Assembly (NCBI GenBank): GCA_964633905.1
Contig: CAZWIT010000003.1
Span: forward strand, 67,193-131,192
Length of the DNA: 64,000 bases
DNA from: an uncultured Gammaproteobacteria bacterium
GTDB lineage: Bacteria; Patescibacteriota; Patescibacteriia; UBA1558; GWA2-36-10
Direction of reading: 5' to 3'
A program made the translations under genes and the position numbers. Of the stretch, positions 59,481 through 64,000 are shown one piece after another (the first letter of the stretch is position 1; the number at the start of each line of letters is the position of its first letter). Below the pieces are notes generated by a model, which was not told where the DNA came from, searched no databases, and saw nothing but the letters and a program-made list of their open reading frames with translations.

Positions 59481-60515
59481 ATGTTAAACATCAATAATCT
59501 TTTTAAACTAGCCACCAAAAATAAAGCTTCCGACTTGCATATTATTGTCGGCAAACCTCCGATTGTTCGTATTGATGGTGAGCTAAAAATGCTACCTGAC
59601 ACCGAAGTTATCACTCGCGATAGTGCTGAAAAAATGATTTTCGGCATTCTGACTGAACGTCAACAAAAAAAATATTTGGAAGAAAGAGAGTTAGATATTT
59701 CTTATGAAATTCCAGAATATTCTCGTTATCGTGTTAATTTACACTGGGAAAAAGATAACCCTGGATTAGTGGCTCGTGTTATTGCAAGCGAAATACCGCA
59801 ACTTGAAAATCTAGGCATGCCTGAAATTGCCAATCAGCTACTTTCTAGAACTAGTGGCTTGATTCTGATAACTGGCCCAACTGGTTGCGGTAAGTCCACT
59901 ACTCTTGCGGCTATGATTGAAAAAATCAATCAAAACCGAACAGCCCATATTATTACTCTAGAAGACCCGATTGAATTTGTGCATCAACCTAAAAAAAGTA
60001 TTATTAAACAACGTCAATTAGGCACTGACATGTTAAGCTTTGACGATGCTTTAAAGCACGTTTTACGTCAAGATCCAAACGTCATTATGGTCGGCGAAAT
60101 GCGCGACCTAGAAACCATGGCTACTACTATTACCCTAGCCGAAACTGGACACTTGGTTCTTGCAACCTTGCATACTCATAGCGCTGCCCAAACCATTGAT
60201 CGTATCATTGATGTCTTTCCTCCTCACCAACAATCCCAAGTGCGTTTACAATTATCAATCTCCTTAAGTGGCATTATCACTCAACAATTGGTACCTAAAA
60301 TCGGTGGCGGTCGAGTAGCTGTGCGGGAAATTTTAGTAAATACACCAGCTATTGCTAACATTATCCGCGAAAATAAAATTCCTCAAATCAAAAGCGTCAT
60401 CCAGACTAGCGCCGAAGAAGGCATGTTTAGTATGGAACAAAATATCAAAGAATTATTAGACAATAATCTTATTGAAGAAACCACGGCTGTGGCTTATCTT
60501 GGACACCAAAGCTAA
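59481..60515 (+). CDS. pilT: type IV pilus retraction ATPase
   Basis: ASDLH, GPTGCGKST, EDPIE, LRQDP, AETGHLV. Confidence 0.95.
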   Translation: MLNINNLFKLATKNKASDLHIIVGKPPIVRIDGELKMLPDTEVITRDSAEKMIFGILTERQQKKYLEERELDISYEIPEYSRYRVNLHWEKDNPGLVARVIASEIPQLENLGMPEIANQLLSRTSGLILITGPTGCGKSTTLAAMIEKINQNRTAHIITLEDPIEFVHQPKKSIIKQRQLGTDMLSFDDALKHVLRQDPNVIMVGEMRDLETMATTITLAETGHLVLATLHTHSAAQTIDRIIDVFPPHQQSQVRLQLSISLSGIITQQLVPKIGGGRVAVREILVNTPAIANIIRENKIPQIKSVIQTSAEEGMFSMEQNIKELLDNNLIEETTAVAYLGHQS

Positions 60516-60517
60516 AA

Positions 60518-61471
60518 ATGGCAAAATTTAATCTAGCCAATATCAGTTTGTTTAAACAACTAGACAAGGCAGAACTTGCTTTACTAGAAAAATTTTGTTT
60601 AGCCAAAAATTACCAAGCTAACCAATATATCTTTGGTCAAAATAAGATTCAAGACCGACTTATTATTATTAAATCTGGTCAGGCTGAGCTTGTTAGCCAA
60701 ATTGATGACGAACAACAAACAATTGCCCTATTTAATACGAATGACTTTTTGGGAGAAATGTCTTTAATAGATCGCCAACAAAAATATGAACATGATTTAA
60801 GAGCCAAAACAGATTTAGAAACATTAGAAATACACCAAAGACATTGGCCGAGCTTAATCAAGCAATCAAATAGACTAAAAGACAAAATTTATAAACAAAC
60901 TGCCAGCATCTTAAACCAACGCTTAAATCATGCTGATAATAAATTACTAGCTTTATTTGCCTTTAGCCAATTTATCGGTAAAGAAAATAGCCTAGAAAAA
61001 ATTAGCGAAAAACTACTAAATATTATTTTAGAAATCATCCCCTCTCAATGCGCAGCTATTGCTAGCTATTCCCATACTACAAACAAATTACACGTTTATC
61101 AAAATAAAAACTACCCTGTTTGGAAAAATGGGCAATATTATTCTATTGAGCACTGGCCTTTATTAAAAAATATTCTAAGGCAGCAACAAAGCCTAATCTT
61201 TCAAATTAATGATTGGCCCCAAAGTAAACAATTGTTGCCTGGCTTAGTACAAAATACTAATATTATCATCCCTATCCGCTTACCAAAAAAAGTTTTGGGC
61301 TTTATTATTTTAGGAAACAAGCATGACCAAGAAGAATATAGTAGCAATAATCAAATATTGCTCGAGGCTCTAGCCATGGAGTTTGCGGCTGTTATTCAAC
61401 AAACACATTTAAATGAATACGAAGAAGCTGCCAGTGAAGTAAAACATATTTTTATTGAACCTCGTGCTTAA
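60518..61471 (+). CDS. cNMP-binding plus GAF domain protein
   Basis: FLGEMSLI cNMP fold; C-terminal GAF (LGFIILGNK). Confidence 0.75.
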   Translation: MAKFNLANISLFKQLDKAELALLEKFCLAKNYQANQYIFGQNKIQDRLIIIKSGQAELVSQIDDEQQTIALFNTNDFLGEMSLIDRQQKYEHDLRAKTDLETLEIHQRHWPSLIKQSNRLKDKIYKQTASILNQRLNHADNKLLALFAFSQFIGKENSLEKISEKLLNIILEIIPSQCAAIASYSHTTNKLHVYQNKNYPVWKNGQYYSIEHWPLLKNILRQQQSLIFQINDWPQSKQLLPGLVQNTNIIIPIRLPKKVLGFIILGNKHDQEEYSSNNQILLEALAMEFAAVIQQTHLNEYEEAASEVKHIFIEPRA

Positions 61472-61548
61472 ATATCAGCCTTGATTTTTTCTTTGCTTTA
61501 TACTATAATATCGACAAATCATAGCTTTTCATGCTATTTTTTTATTAA

Positions 61549-61624
61549 GCGGTTGTAGCTCAATGGATAGAGCACTTGGCTTCGGACCAAGGGGTTGCGG
61601 GTTCGACTCCTGCCGGCCGCACCA
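61549..61624 (+). tRNA. tRNA-Arg(TCG)
   Basis: Anticodon arm CTTGG-CTTCGGA-CCAAG, GTTCGAC, CCA. Confidence 0.93.
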
Positions 61625-61642
61625 AAAAATTATCAAAATAAT

Positions 61643-61718
61643 GCCCCTATAGCTCAGCTGGTAGAGCAGTTGCCTCTTAAGCAAACGGTCGTAGGTTCGA
61701 ATCCTGCTGGGGGCACCA
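61643..61718 (+). tRNA. tRNA-Lys(CTT)
   Basis: Loop CTCTTAA, GTTCGAATC, CCA. Confidence 0.93.
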
Positions 61719-61854
61719 GAAAATCAAGTACAACGTGCTTGTTTTTTATTTTTAAAAATATAATTTACAGCCTTGCTTTTTGCTGTTAAAATTGCTAATA
61801 TACAGTTTCGTTTTGCCCTTTATTATTCACCCTTGCCTAAGAAAGGACTGCCAC

Positions 61855-62061
61855 ATGTTCAAGCCTGGCGACCATGTCCGGGTCATCCCGGCCTACAGCG
61901 GACCGCTGCAGACGGCCCATGTGCGTATTACCGTAAACCACGGCTTTGGCCCCTTCCGGGTCATCGGGGTGCATCCTCAGGACAGAGGCGGACAGGTCCT
62001 CTGTCTGCAGGTCGGTAACCATCAGACAACCGTCGATTCCCGCATCTTCCAGCCGGCCTAG
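61855..62061 (+). CDS. GC-rich SD-led 68-aa SH3/KOW-like protein
   Basis: GAAAGGA SD; MFKPGDHVRV...; terminator aaagggcg..cgcccttt. Confidence 0.7.
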   Translation: MFKPGDHVRVIPAYSGPLQTAHVRITVNHGFGPFRVIGVHPQDRGGQVLCLQVGNHQTTVDSRIFQPA

Positions 62062-62149
62062 CTATCCTGAAGGCGATTTAAGCCACAAAGGGCGCGCACA
62101 CCAGTGCGTCGCCCTTTCTTTTAAATCAATTATTTGTTAAATTTAAGCT

Positions 62150-63067
62150 ATGAAATTTACTTACCAACAAACAAATAAAGAACGTTTGGATAAATACCTC
62201 CAAACACAGCTCAATATCAGCCGTAGCCAAATAAAAAAAATTATTTTGGATGGTCAGGTTAAAGTTAACCAAGAAATATCTAGCGTTCATCATTGGCTTA
62301 AAGCTAATGATTTGATTGAATATAAGGCTAAAGAAGTTGACCAAAATAATCCAATTGCCAAAAAAAATAACAAAATAATCAAACCCCGCATTATCAAACA
62401 AACTGATGATTATTTAATTATCAATAAACCACATGGCCTACTAGTACACCCTACTGACAAAAAAGAAACTAATACTCTAGCTAATTGGCTACTGGAAAAA
62501 TTTCCTGATTTAATCCATGTTGGCGATGATCCTAGGCGCCCTGGCATTGTCCATCGTTTAGACCGAGAAGTCTCGGGACTAATGATTATTGCTTTAAATC
62601 AAAAATTTTTTGAAATTATCAAAAAACAATTTCAAGAAAGAACCATTATTAAAGAATATACCGCCCTAGCTCATGGTAATATTATCAATAACGAAGGTGA
62701 GGTCATCACACCTTTAGAGAGAGATAATGAAACTGGGCTCATGAAAGCCTTACCGGCAGGCGAAGGCTTAAATGCTCATACTACTTATGAAGTTATAAAA
62801 CGTTATCCTAATTATACTTTAATCAAAGTCCAAATTAAGACTGGAAGAATGCACCAAATTCGTGCCCACCTTTATAGCATTGGCCATTCTATAGTTGGTG
62901 ATAAACTTTATCAAACTAAAGATTTGCGTAAAAAGAAAAAAATTGTTAACTTGCGCATTTTCCTTCACGCTAGTTCCCTAAAATTTCAAGATGCTCGAGG
63001 CCAGTGGCAATCCTATCAATCAAAATTACCAATTGAGTTAGAAAAATTTTTAGCTGAATTAAAATAA
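62150..63067 (+). CDS. rluD: RluA-family pseudouridine synthase with S4 domain
   Basis: RLDKYL S4 domain, HRLDREVSG, TGRMHQIRAH. Confidence 0.92.
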   Translation: MKFTYQQTNKERLDKYLQTQLNISRSQIKKIILDGQVKVNQEISSVHHWLKANDLIEYKAKEVDQNNPIAKKNNKIIKPRIIKQTDDYLIINKPHGLLVHPTDKKETNTLANWLLEKFPDLIHVGDDPRRPGIVHRLDREVSGLMIIALNQKFFEIIKKQFQERTIIKEYTALAHGNIINNEGEVITPLERDNETGLMKALPAGEGLNAHTTYEVIKRYPNYTLIKVQIKTGRMHQIRAHLYSIGHSIVGDKLYQTKDLRKKKKIVNLRIFLHASSLKFQDARGQWQSYQSKLPIELEKFLAELK

Positions 63068-63072
63068 ATTAT

Positions 63073-63645
63073 ATGAAAAGCATTATTAGTATTTCCGGCA
63101 CAGCCGGCAGTGGTAAAAGTACTATTGCTAAAATATTAGCAGAAAAATTAAATGCTGAAAGAATCTACGTCGGAGGCTTACGTAGACAACTAGCCTTAGA
63201 TAAAGGCATGAGTCTAGCTCAATTAAATGAATATGCTCTTAGCCACCCTGAAACTGATATTGATGTAGATAAAGCCGCAGCTTTACAAGCTCGTCAAATG
63301 GCCCAAAAAAATATCGTAATCATTGAAGGGCGCACCCAGTTTCACTTTTTACCTGAATCTATAAAACTATATATCAAAGTTGATCCCAAAGTTGGTGCTA
63401 AAAGAATCTGGCAAGACCTACAAAAAGACAATCAACGAAATGAAGGTAAGTTTAATAACCTAGCCGAATTAGAAACTTATCAACAAACTAGACAAGCGAG
63501 TGATCTGGCTCGTTACAAAAAATATTACGACCTAGATCATACTGACGAAAAGCAATATGATTTTATTCTTGATACTAGCAATATCTCCGCTCAAACTGCT
63601 GCTGAAAAAGTCTTAGAATTTATCCAAAAAACCCTAAATAAATAG
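63073..63645 (+). CDS. cmk: cytidylate kinase (archaeal type)
   Basis: ISGTAGSGKST, IEGR, RYKKYY. Confidence 0.8.
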   Translation: MKSIISISGTAGSGKSTIAKILAEKLNAERIYVGGLRRQLALDKGMSLAQLNEYALSHPETDIDVDKAAALQARQMAQKNIVIIEGRTQFHFLPESIKLYIKVDPKVGAKRIWQDLQKDNQRNEGKFNNLAELETYQQTRQASDLARYKKYYDLDHTDEKQYDFILDTSNISAQTAAEKVLEFIQKTLNK

Positions 63646-63846
63646 CATTGACCCGCCTGCATCTCTCGCTTAAGCGAGAGACTACGACGGACAAGATGAA
63701 GATTTTAAATATTTATTAAGATAATTAACCATTTTTTCAACAATAAAGCCCCTCTTATCATTATTGACAAAATCTAAAATTTAGGCTAAAATATTGTAGT
63801 TATTATCAAATAACTACTATTTATCAATAATTAACTAAGTATTGTT

Positions 63847-64000
63847 ATGTCCGCTGTCAAAGCATCAAACCCAGAACAAAATACAACTCTTACCATTAAA
63901 CCTGGTATGACTGTAAGGGTCCATGAAAAAATTAAAGAAAAAAACGCCAAGGGTGTTGAAAAAGAAAGAATTCAAATTTTTGAAGGTATTGTTTTAGCCA
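63847..64000 (+). CDS. rplS: 50S ribosomal protein L19 (partial)
   Basis: IKPGMTVRVHEKIKE...KERIQIFEGIVLA. Confidence 0.92.
   Translation, partial: MSAVKASNPEQNTTLTIKPGMTVRVHEKIKEKNAKGVEKERIQIFEGIVLA

Noticed and set aside
61595-62401. Alternative ORFs over the tRNAs, the mini-gene and rluD
   Set aside because: They overlap better-supported features

Overview
AT-rich bacterial chromosome segment using the standard code (TGA acts as a stop). Gene content and style fit Patescibacteria/CPR, probably Parcubacteria/ABY1-like (inference): short ProRS, archaeal-type cytidylate kinase, pilins and PilT, DUF2207, and core genes with no Shine-Dalgarno (SD) sequence. Housekeeping content: proS, rlmH, purA, rpiB-rpe, 2-oxoacid:ferredoxin oxidoreductase, an Fe-S/oxidative-stress cluster, a class II ribonucleotide reductase with NrdR boxes, a B12 salvage operon, pilT, rluD, cmk, partial rplS, four tRNAs and two ECF sigma modules with readable promoters. 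Two hidden layers stand out. (1) About 10 stand-alone orphan genes, mostly tiny and often GC-richer, are scattered between core genes. Most have their own sigma70-type promoter, a strong SD and a terminator, and three share a boxA-like leader motif. (2) A ~7 kb co-oriented cargo array runs off the 3' end of tRNA-His. It is punctuated by a repeated junction (CCA end, terminator, -10) fused to a 'W-x-P-L-W-D-E-F-R-T' recombinase-tail-like remnant, suggesting an integrase-less, tRNA-anchored cassette array. Several microproteins missed by the ORF track and nested REP/MITE palindromes are also present. All assignments come from manual reading; no database searches were run.
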